Positions 1-6,718 of a DNA stretch of 39,915 nt are shown in pieces. The stretch covers positions 1 to 39,915 of the forward strand of contig JACPXJ010000004.1 in NCBI GenBank assembly GCA_016196605.1, read 5' to 3'. The DNA comes from Candidatus Nomurabacteria bacterium (lineage in GTDB: Bacteria; Patescibacteriota; Minisyncoccia; Phycocordibacterales; UBA9973). The notes under the pieces are model-generated. The model saw only the letters and a program-made list of their open reading frames with translations. It was not told where the DNA came from and did no database searches. The position numbers and the translations under genes were made by a program. Within the stretch, counting starts at the first letter, position 1. Every line of letters begins with the position of its first letter.

Positions 1-437
1 AAACCAAAGACTTGTAACGTCTCATGTTCTTCCCCGGGTAGTCTGACCGAAGCCAACCGAACGCAATGTCCGACGGCAGGATGCCATGAACCACGGGAAA
101 GAAGATGCGACCTACAAAATCTAACATAGAAAGTCTGATAGGTTAGCGAGAAATAGTGTTGATGGAGGACGCATCATTTACGCCGTAGACACTTCTAAAG
201 TTATCTCTTTGCGTTTTCCGACATTTTGGTTTGAACCCACTCCGCAGGGACTATTTATGCTTCAAGTGGCTTTCGGACAATCCAAATACTATTCTGACAA
301 CCTAAAACAAAATGTTGAGCGAGGGTTCCGCCAAAAATTGCGACGAGGTGAATGGCTCACCAGAGCACCCTTTGGCTATGTGAATAATTACAAAACAAGA
401 AATATTGAACCTCATCCAGTTCGTAGTAAAGTGATTG

Positions 438-507
438 TTCGTGCCTACAAAGAATATGCCAAAGGAACACATTTCGTGCCTACAAAGAATATGCCAAAGG
501 AACACAT
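438..507. repeat. Perfect 35-bp tandem duplication (438-472 = 473-507) causing the recombinase frameshift
   Basis: TTCGTGCCTACAAAGAATATGCCAAAGGAACACAT occurs twice back to back. Deleting one copy joins ..AYKEYAKGTH to GLESLSQFLADHGVYQKNG.. in frame with ORF 532-1488. Confidence 0.95.
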
Positions 508-1364
508 GGACTAGAATCACTTTCTCAATTTTTGGCAGATCACGGAGTATATCAGAAAAATGGAAAGCCACTTGGCAAAGCTTCCGTAAATTGTATTCTC
601 AATAATCGTGCATATCTCGGATTTACCAAACATTACGGAGAATATTTTCCCGGAAGCTTTTTGCCAATTCTTTCTCCGACTCTGTTTGAAGCAGTGCAGA
701 AAGTTTTGAAAACGAGACAGAAACCGAGAAAATCTAAAATTGCTCATCCGTTTCATTTTCTCGGTTTTGCTCGTTGTGGCGAGTGCGGAGGTATGTTTAC
801 CGCACAGTATTCCACCAACCGCTTTGGCACAAAATATTCATATTATCGTTGCACAAAAAAGTTTGGTGTATGCGGTCAACTATACCTCCAAGAAAATGCA
901 CTCGCCACACAATTAAAAACACTGCTTCAATCAGTGTCGCTTCCTCGTGAAGAAATATTAAAAATGGAAAATAAAATTGACGAATGGGAAAACGAAAATA
1001 TTTCCGCGCGGGGAGGTGTTGTCCAAAATCTCAAAGACAAGATTCGAGGAAATCAAGAGAAGCTGGATAAACTTGTCGCGATATATCTAGATGAAGATAT
1101 TGAACGAGAAATATATTTAGAACGAAAAGATTTACTCATGCGTGAAAAAGCTTCTCTTCTCGAATCCGAAAGAGATTTTGGACAACAGAGAAAGAATTGG
1201 GTCGAACCCTTGCGGAGTTTCGTTTTGTCCTTGAAAGAATGCGCCGATTTGGAAAAAACCGAAAACTATTTGGAATGGAAGCAGTTTTTCCAAAAAATCG
1301 GCTCTAACCCTGAAATCAAGGACAAAACGGTTTCCATACACTGGGGGGAACTTTGGGATTTTGT

Positions 1365-1387
1365 CGCTTCCGCAAAGGGCGGAAGCG
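1365..1387. repeat. GC-rich hairpin CGCTTCCGC-AAAGG-GCGGAAGCG in the recombinase 3' tail
   Basis: 9-bp perfect inverted repeat. The CTTCCGCAA..GCGGAAG core is the same as in the palindromes inside atpG and atpD. Confidence 0.8.
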
Positions 1388-1457
1388 GGCTACCTAGCGC
1401 GAGTTTTGCTTCACAAAACTCGCCCCTTATTTCTAATTTCGCGAATGTTTCTTTGGG

Positions 1458-1529
1458 TGACTCTACTGGGAATCGCACCCAGATTTGAAGCTTGAGAAGC
1501 TTCCGTCCTAACTGTTAGACGATAGAGCC
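1458..1529 (-). tRNA. tRNA-Glu (anticodon CUC)
   Basis: The reverse complement folds as a cloverleaf: GGCTCTA / TC / GTCT-AACAGTTA-GGAC / G / GAAGC-TTCTCAA-GCTTC / AAAT / CTGGG-TGCGATT-CCCAG / TAGAGTC / A. The D-arm is Glu-like (TCGTCTA..GGAC). The T-loop is non-canonical (G at position 55). No CCA is encoded. Confidence 0.75.
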
Positions 1530-1582
1530 TACTATACCACTCTGAAAAAATATAGCATTTTTGAAGGAAAATCAAAAATATT

Positions 1583-2638
1583 TTATTCTTCAAATTTCGG
1601 CTTTTCTATTTCAAGCAGTGCAAGCTCCGGAGATGCGCCGGATATCTTGAGCACATCCTTGTCTATCTTTTTTAATTCCTTGTTGGAAGCATTGTAATGG
1701 TTTACGACGGTGCCGAGAGCATTGCCTAATTTATTGTGATATTCGTCGTAGGATTTCAGATGCTTGCCCAAATCTTCCACTTTCTTGATTATTTCTTTGG
1801 CGGATTCTTCTATTTTCAAAGCTTTCAGCCCTTGCAAGACTGTCTGCAAATATGCGAGGAATGAAGTGGGGGAAGTGATGATTACTTTGTATTTTCCGGC
1901 TGCGCGCTGGATCAGATTTTCTGCATTTTCCTCTAGTGACCCCACTTTGTTGGTAAGAAGATCATAATAAATTGCTTCATGAGGTATGAACATAAAGGCG
2001 AAATCGGTTGTCCCTTTTGTCGGTTGGATATATTTTGAAGTTTCTACGATTCGGTTTTTAAGATCGTTTACAAAAATTACTTCCAATTTCTTTTTTTCAA
2101 GAACATTCAGCTCCTCAACCATTTTATTGTAATTTTCCAGTGAGAATTTAGAATCGATCGGAATAATTTTGTCTTTGACGAAGACGACAGCGTCTACGAT
2201 TGTTTTATCGGGGAATTCATATTGCATCTGGTAGCTTCCGGGCGGCAAGACATTTTTTAAAACTGTTTCCAAATAATATTCGCCGAGGATCCCGCGCTGT
2301 TTTGGATTCTTAAGAATGTTTTCCAAGCTTTGTAATTGATCAGCGAAAGAAATGACCTGCTTGTTTGTTTCATCCAGCCGAGTGAGACGTTCCGTCACAT
2401 CGCGGATGATTTTATTCGACTCGCTCGAATGGAATTGCAAACTCTCCCGCACCTGTTTATGCGATTCGCCAATCTTGCTATCCACCGTCCGCGAAAGCTC
2501 GTTTATTTGAGTCAATATAAGATTCAATCCCGTGTCGTCTTTTTTCTCATCTTTTTCCTGATTTCTTTTGCCAAAAATAAAATAGGCAAAGACTACTCCG
2601 CCAGCCAAACCTAAGATTATCCAAATAATGTTTTGCAT
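1583..2638 (-). CDS. rmuC: DNA recombination protein RmuC
   Basis: N-terminal TM helix (MQNIIWIILGLAGGVVFAYFIF), a coiled coil, then RmuC nuclease-like motifs (DAVVFVKDKIIPIDSKFSLENY, FAFMFIPHEAIYYDL). I chose the ATG at 2638 because the longer ORF overlaps the upstream gene, which stops at 2643. Confidence 0.85.
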   Translation of the reverse strand: MQNIIWIILGLAGGVVFAYFIFGKRNQEKDEKKDDTGLNLILTQINELSRTVDSKIGESHKQVRESLQFHSSESNKIIRDVTERLTRLDETNKQVISFADQLQSLENILKNPKQRGILGEYYLETVLKNVLPPGSYQMQYEFPDKTIVDAVVFVKDKIIPIDSKFSLENYNKMVEELNVLEKKKLEVIFVNDLKNRIVETSKYIQPTKGTTDFAFMFIPHEAIYYDLLTNKVGSLEENAENLIQRAAGKYKVIITSPTSFLAYLQTVLQGLKALKIEESAKEIIKKVEDLGKHLKSYDEYHNKLGNALGTVVNHYNASNKELKKIDKDVLKISGASPELALLEIEKPKFEE

Positions 2639-2642
2639 CTTA

Positions 2643-3362
2643 TTATTTTCCCAAATAATGTCTAAGCGTATAAATCCAATCCTCATGTTCCAGAACATCG
2701 CCTTTTTCTTTTTCACCCAGAATCCATTCCAGCCAGCCGCGGTCTATTTTGAGCACTTCTTCGATCGATTTTCCTTTATGTTTGCCGAAGTTCAGTGTTT
2801 TAATAAGCAATGGTTTTGAAGAAATTTCTATCATTCTTTCTATTGCTCCTTTCTCATCCAATTTTTCTTCCTGCATTATTTTATTTTTCAGTCGCTCAAA
2901 AAGTTTTTCCAAGACAAGTACGTCGCCCATAGCGTCATGCGCTTGCGCGTCTATATCAAAATCAAGCAAGTAGCGCAGATATTGCAGATTATACCTGCCT
3001 ATTTTCTCGTCCGGGTCCAAATACCTCGCTAGTTTTAAGGTGCAGATGAATTTTTTTGGCTCGATACCTTCCTTTTTTATCATATGAAGGTCGAAAGGGG
3101 CATTGTGGGCAACAACGACGGAATTGTTATTTTCAAAAAGTTTCTTTATTTTTGCCTGATCCCCGCTATCTTTGAAAGATTTTTTGCTTTCCACCATTTT
3201 GTTGGTTATGTGATGCACGGCGGAAGCTTCCGGTGGGATCTTGATTTCCGGCTTGTAGAGGCCGGTGAATCGCTCAGATCCCGCTATATAGGCAATCTGG
3301 CATAGAAAGTCTTTTTGTTCATTGCCGGTAGTTTCCGTGTCAAAAAAGATAATTTTCTGCAT
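2643..3362 (-). CDS. DnaQ-like 3'-5' exonuclease (ExoX-like) with a C-terminal DUF3820-like domain
   Basis: Exo I motif MQKIIFFDTETTG, VVAHNAPFDLHMI, AHDAMGDVLV. The C-terminus KHKGKSIEEVLKIDRGWLEWIL resembles the exodeoxyribonuclease X C-terminal module. Confidence 0.8.
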   Translation of the reverse strand: MQKIIFFDTETTGNEQKDFLCQIAYIAGSERFTGLYKPEIKIPPEASAVHHITNKMVESKKSFKDSGDQAKIKKLFENNNSVVVAHNAPFDLHMIKKEGIEPKKFICTLKLARYLDPDEKIGRYNLQYLRYLLDFDIDAQAHDAMGDVLVLEKLFERLKNKIMQEEKLDEKGAIERMIEISSKPLLIKTLNFGKHKGKSIEEVLKIDRGWLEWILGEKEKGDVLEHEDWIYTLRHYLGK

Positions 3363-3384
3363 GTCTACATTTTATCATACTTAC

Positions 3385-3488
3385 GCGCCAGAAGCTTTCC
3401 TCCCGGGGTCGCCATTTTTCTACTGAAAAATCTGGCTCCGTCCTCGGCTCGCCAGCCTGCGGAGACCCCGCTAGGAAACTTCCGGCGC
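3385..3488. ncRNA. Candidate structured RNA element (four helices around a junction), class unknown
   Basis: P1 pairs 3385-3401 with 3473-3488 (15 bp, one bulge, one A.C that becomes G.U on the minus strand). P2 pairs 3404-3410 with 3464-3470. P3 is ATTTTTC-TACT-GAAAAAT (3414-3431). P4 pairs CTGGC..GCCAG (3432-3455) with an inner CCG-TCCT-CGG. It is a GC-rich island within AT-rich intergenic DNA. Confidence 0.35.
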
Positions 3489-3498
3489 TCCATTTTTA

Positions 3499-3507
3499 TG
3501 CTATAAT
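3499..3507 (+). promoter_or_regulatory. Extended -10 box TGcTATAAT, 6 nt upstream of the yqeY-like ATG (leaderless candidate)
   Basis: TGCTATAAT at 3499-3507, ATG at 3514, no room for an SD. Confidence 0.5.
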
Positions 3508-3513
3508 TAGCTC

Positions 3514-3966
3514 ATGCTACACGAACAAATAAAAAACGGAATAAAAGAGGCGATGATGGCGAAAGACGCCATGAAGCTTAAGGTATTTCGGGCGATGTCA
3601 GCCGCCTTTACCAATGAACTGGTGGCAAAAAACAAAAAACCGCAGGAAATGCTGGCGGATGAGGAGGCAGTGGTCGTTATCACAAAGCTTGCAAAGCAGA
3701 GAAAAGATTCCATTGATCAATTTAAAAAGGGGAATCGGGAAGATTTGGTAAAAGAGGAACAGGCAGAACTTGCCATATTGGAAAATTATTTGCCGAAAAT
3801 GATGGACAAAAGTGAAGTCGCAAAGATCGCTCAGGCAAAAAAGGCAGAACTCGGGATTACCGACGGCGCAAAGAAGGGAATGCTGATGTCGGCTTTGATG
3901 AAAGATTTGAGGGGCAAGGCGGACGGGGCAGTGGTCAAGGAAGTAGTTGAATCTTTATTTGATTAG
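3514..3966 (+). CDS. GatB/YqeY domain-containing protein
   Basis: Typical YqeY-like sequence (IKEAMMAKDAMKLKVFRAMSAAF.., ELAILENYLP, GKADGAVVKEVV). Confidence 0.85.
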   Translation: MLHEQIKNGIKEAMMAKDAMKLKVFRAMSAAFTNELVAKNKKPQEMLADEEAVVVITKLAKQRKDSIDQFKKGNREDLVKEEQAELAILENYLPKMMDKSEVAKIAQAKKAELGITDGAKKGMLMSALMKDLRGKADGAVVKEVVESLFD

Positions 3967-4872
3967 ATGATGTTCAGTAAAAAAGTTAAATTAGCAACCC
4001 ACGACGGCGCATTTCACGCGGACGAGATTTTCGCAGCTGCTCTTCTTACCGTGTATTTAAAAGAGAAGGGCAAGCGTTTTGAAATTACTCGTACCCGCGA
4101 TGAGGACTATATAAAAACCGCTGATTATGTTTTTGATGTAGGGGGCATTTATAACGCAGAAAAAAATTTGTTTGACCATCATCAGCCGGGAGGCGCTGGC
4201 AGGCGAGAAAATGGCATTGAGTACTCTTCTTTTGGTCTGATTTGGAAAAAGATCGGCACAGAACTTTGTGGGAGCGAAAAAGTAGCCGAGATGATAGATA
4301 AAAAACTAGTTGCGCCTATTGATGCAAATGATAATGGCTTTAATTTAGTCACTAGTAATCATGAAGTTTCGCCATATACGATTCAAGACTTATTTCATTC
4401 CATGAGAGCCACATGGCGTGAAGAGACTTTGACTGATGATGAAGTGTTTTTTAAATGCCTGGAAATCGCGAAAGAAATTTTGGCGCGAGAAATCATTCAG
4501 GCCAAAGACGGCGCTATTGCGGAAGAAAGAGTTATTTCAATTTACAACAATACCGCAGATAAAAGAATTATAGTTTTTGATAAGAATTATGCTTTTCAAT
4601 ATGACGTAGAAAATTTTCCTAAGCCCCTTTTTGCGGTTTACCCAAGCAGATCGATAAAAGATAAATGGACAGCGAAAGCAGTTCGAAAAGATCCGAAAGC
4701 GTTTAGCAATCGAAAAGATTTTCCAAAATCTTGGGCGGGGCTAAGAAATGAAGAATTACAAAAAGTTTCAGGCGTTCAGGATGCTGTTTTTTGTCATAGG
4801 AATTTATTTCTAGCTGTAGCTAAATCGAGAGAAGGGGCTATCAAATTGGCTCAAACTGCGATAGAATCCTAA
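3967..4872 (+). CDS. MYG1 family (UPF0160) metal-dependent hydrolase
   Basis: THDGAFHADEIFAAALL, FDVGGIYN..LFDHHQ and PIDANDNG motifs characteristic of MYG1. Confidence 0.85.
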   Translation: MMFSKKVKLATHDGAFHADEIFAAALLTVYLKEKGKRFEITRTRDEDYIKTADYVFDVGGIYNAEKNLFDHHQPGGAGRRENGIEYSSFGLIWKKIGTELCGSEKVAEMIDKKLVAPIDANDNGFNLVTSNHEVSPYTIQDLFHSMRATWREETLTDDEVFFKCLEIAKEILAREIIQAKDGAIAEERVISIYNNTADKRIIVFDKNYAFQYDVENFPKPLFAVYPSRSIKDKWTAKAVRKDPKAFSNRKDFPKSWAGLRNEELQKVSGVQDAVFCHRNLFLAVAKSREGAIKLAQTAIES

Positions 4873-4876
4873 ATAC

Positions 4877-5872
4877 ATGGCTTTTATCGATGAAATAACA
4901 ATACATGCGGAAGCGGGCCGCGGCGGTGCTGGCGTGGCGCGCTGGCACCGGCAGAAATTCGAGCCGAAGGGCGGACCGGCGGGAGGCGATGCTGGTCGTG
5001 GCGGTAACTTTTATATCAGAGCTGTACGGGACATAGGCATTCTGGCAAAATACAAAGCAAAGAAAATATTCATGGCGAGCCGTGGTGAAGATGGCGGGAG
5101 TCAGAGCCTTCATGGAAAAAATGGCGAAGACTTTATTTTAGATCTACCGATCGGCTCTGTTATTACCAATTTAGAGACTGATGAAAAATGGCAGTTTTTA
5201 AAAGAGGGAGAAAAAATAATGTTGCTCCGGGGCGGCTTCGGCGGCTTCGGCAATGAGCACTTCAAAAGCTCCGTAAATACGACCCCGTATGAGTCTAATT
5301 TGGGAGGTGAAGGCGAGAAGGGGAATTTCAAAATAGAGCTGGAGCTTTTTGCGGACCTCGGACTTATCGGCCTTCCAAATGCCGGGAAATCCTCTCTTCT
5401 AAATGCTTTGACCAATGCCGAGGCAAAGGTGGGAGATTATCCTTTTACCACGCTCGATCCGAATCTGGGGGATTTCTACGGCTATATTATCGCCGACATT
5501 CCGGGACTCATAGAAGGAGCATCAGTTGGCAGAGGCCTCGGGACAAAATTTCTGCGCCACATAAAGCGCACGAAGATGCTGGCTCATCTGGTTTCTTTTG
5601 AGAATTCCAATATGCTGAAAAGTTATAAAGAGATCCGCAAGGAGCTGGCGAAATATGACAAAAATTTAGACGAAAGTGAAGATGGCCTTTCGTCCAAGCA
5701 AGAAATAATAATTCTTACGAAAAGCGACGTGATAGATGACGAGAATTTTATCGATAAAAAGGTAAAAGAATTCAAAAAAATCAGCAAGAATGTTTTTGCC
5801 ATATCATTGTTTGATGATAAAATGATAAAGAAGTTTGCCGACGCCTTGATGAAAATTTTAAAGAAAAAATAA
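4877..5872 (+). CDS. obg: GTPase Obg/CgtA
   Basis: Obg fold FIDEITIHAEAGRGGAG..GGPAGGDAGRGG, and G domain GLIGLPNAGKSSLLNALT, DIPGLIEGA, LTKSD. Confidence 0.95.
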   Translation: MAFIDEITIHAEAGRGGAGVARWHRQKFEPKGGPAGGDAGRGGNFYIRAVRDIGILAKYKAKKIFMASRGEDGGSQSLHGKNGEDFILDLPIGSVITNLETDEKWQFLKEGEKIMLLRGGFGGFGNEHFKSSVNTTPYESNLGGEGEKGNFKIELELFADLGLIGLPNAGKSSLLNALTNAEAKVGDYPFTTLDPNLGDFYGYIIADIPGLIEGASVGRGLGTKFLRHIKRTKMLAHLVSFENSNMLKSYKEIRKELAKYDKNLDESEDGLSSKQEIIILTKSDVIDDENFIDKKVKEFKKISKNVFAISLFDDKMIKKFADALMKILKKK

Positions 5873-5958
5873 ATTTATGGAGAAAAAATTTAAACAACAA
5901 CAAGATAAAGAAAATAAAAAATTTGCTCTAGTAATAGATTTAATTCCAAATGTTTTTT

Positions 5959-6000
5959 AATCTACCAATTTAAACATATGTTCAAGATAGTAGATTATAG
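5959..6000. repeat. 42-bp repeat copy 1 (nested palindrome) upstream of ORF 6028
   Basis: AATCTACCAATTTAAACATATGTTCAAGATAGTAGATTATAG. Outer arms are AATCTAC/GTAGATT and the inner part is a near-palindrome TT(A)AACATATGTTCAA. Confidence 0.9.
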
Positions 6001-6027
6001 AGATTCATAGTATAGTGGATAAATATT

Positions 6028-6597
6028 ATGCGAGGAGAGATAATTTACAAAATTTTGGATTTTATTAGTGACCAGATTATTGACCAATTTGATTTTGCGG
6101 ATGCTTTTCTTTCAGCCGGTTATGGAGCTAGTAGATCAAAAATGCAATATGAATTTTCAAAAATACAAGACAAAAGAACAATTTCGAAATTAAAAAAACA
6201 AAAAATTGATAATTTGAGAAAATATTTGTCGAAATTAAAAAAAGCTGGTTTAGTTGGAGAGGACGAATCAAAAAAAATCTATTTAAGTAAAAAGGGAAAG
6301 GGCAGGTTAATCTATCTTCAGAAGTCTTTTCTTTCAAATAAAAATCTTTATAAGAAAAGATTAGCGGACAGGGTTACTGTCATAAGTTATGATATACCTA
6401 TCGCTTTTAATAGGGAAAGAAATATTTTAAGAGATATGTTAAAGATGCTTGGCTTTAATTTAATTCATAAGAGTGTGTGGATTGGGAGAGTATTATTACC
6501 TAAAAGATTTATTAGTGATTTAAGCAATTTAGGAATTACTGATTATGTAGAAATTTTAGAGGTTACAAAAAATGGAACTTTAAAAGAAATAAATTAA
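6028..6597 (+). CDS. PaaX-like / Cas2-fold putative transcriptional regulator (wHTH + ferredoxin-like C-terminal domain)
   Basis: A winged-helix-like segment (LRKYLSKLKKAGLVGEDESKKIYLSKKGKGRL) is followed by VISYDIP..RNILRDMLKMLGFNLIHKSVWIG, which matches the FDIPE..R..LR..L..GF..Q.SVW pattern of PaaX C-terminal/Cas2-like domains. Assignment is from memory of the family, not a search. Confidence 0.5.
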   Translation: MRGEIIYKILDFISDQIIDQFDFADAFLSAGYGASRSKMQYEFSKIQDKRTISKLKKQKIDNLRKYLSKLKKAGLVGEDESKKIYLSKKGKGRLIYLQKSFLSNKNLYKKRLADRVTVISYDIPIAFNRERNILRDMLKMLGFNLIHKSVWIGRVLLPKRFISDLSNLGITDYVEILEVTKNGTLKEIN

Positions 6598-6606
6598 TTT
6601 ATAAAA

Positions 6607-6648
6607 AATCTACCAATTTGAACATATGTTCAAGATAGTAGATTACAG
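6607..6648. repeat. 42-bp repeat copy 2 downstream of ORF 6028
   Basis: AATCTACCAATTTGAACATATGTTCAAGATAGTAGATTACAG matches copy 1 at 40 of 42 positions. It contains the perfect 16-bp palindrome TTGAACATATGTTCAA. Confidence 0.9.
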
Positions 6649-6702
6649 TTTTAATTATATTCACTTATAGTTTTTATTCTAATTTATTATTTTTTGCCAA
6701 TA

Positions 6703-6711
6703 TGCTATTAT
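6703..6711 (+). promoter_or_regulatory. Extended -10 box TGcTATTAT, 7 nt upstream of the gatB ATG
   Basis: TGCTATTAT at 6703-6711, ATG at 6719. Confidence 0.45.
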
Positions 6712-6718
6712 TTTAATA

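Larger units (their letters stand above)
2..1488 (+). pseudogene. Large serine recombinase (resolvase catalytic domain end + recombinase domain + zinc ribbon + coiled coil), disrupted
   Basis: Frame-2 translation reads ..DRLARNSVDGGRIIYAVDTSKVISLRFPTFWFEPTPQGLFMLQVAFGQSKYYSDNLKQNVERGFRQKLRRGEW.., typical of serine recombinases. The downstream part has Cys clusters (ARCGECGG..YYRCTKKFGVCG) and a coiled coil. There are in-frame TGA (44-46) and TAA (122-124) stops, plus a frameshift caused by a 35-bp tandem duplication that splits ORFs 209-514 and 532-1488. The 5' end is cut by the window edge. Confidence 0.8.

Noticed and set aside
44-124. The possibility that the in-frame TGA/TAA in the recombinase reflect an alternative genetic code (for example UGA=Gly as in Gracilibacteria/SR1).
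   Set aside because: TGA is the evident stop of atpG, holB, rseP and murA at conserved C-termini. TAA is the commonest stop here. Standard code 11 fits every housekeeping gene.
209-514. Treating ORF 209-514 and ORF 532-1488 as two separate genes.
   Set aside because: They are one serine recombinase gene split by the 35-bp tandem duplication. Removing one copy fuses them in frame.
2607-2620. A DnaA-box-like TTATCCAAA near the rmuC start, and the parB/topA/dprA neighbourhood as a hint of oriC.
   Set aside because: It is a single imperfect box inside coding sequence. There is no cluster of boxes, no AT-rich unwinding element, and no dnaA or dnaN in the window.
3385-3488. Assigning the structured element to SRP (4.5S) RNA, 6S RNA or a named riboswitch (ZTP, guanidine-I/ykkC, TPP, fluoride, c-di-GMP).
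   Set aside because: SRP RNA is a single long hairpin with a GGAA/AGCA domain IV, which I do not see. The conserved cores of the riboswitch classes I can recall are absent or only superficially similar. A class call needs a covariance-model search.
5877-5957. Roughly 26-codon ORF (MEKKFKQQQDKENKKFALVIDLIPNVF) after obg.
   Set aside because: It is a low-complexity Lys/Gln-rich translation of AT-rich spacer, with no start context or homology I can recognise.
5959-6648. The two 42-bp repeats as a minimal CRISPR array next to a Cas2-like gene.
   Set aside because: There are only two copies, separated by about 600 bp containing a full ORF. The repeats are nested palindromes of operator or terminator type. 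There are no spacer-sized intervals and no other cas genes.
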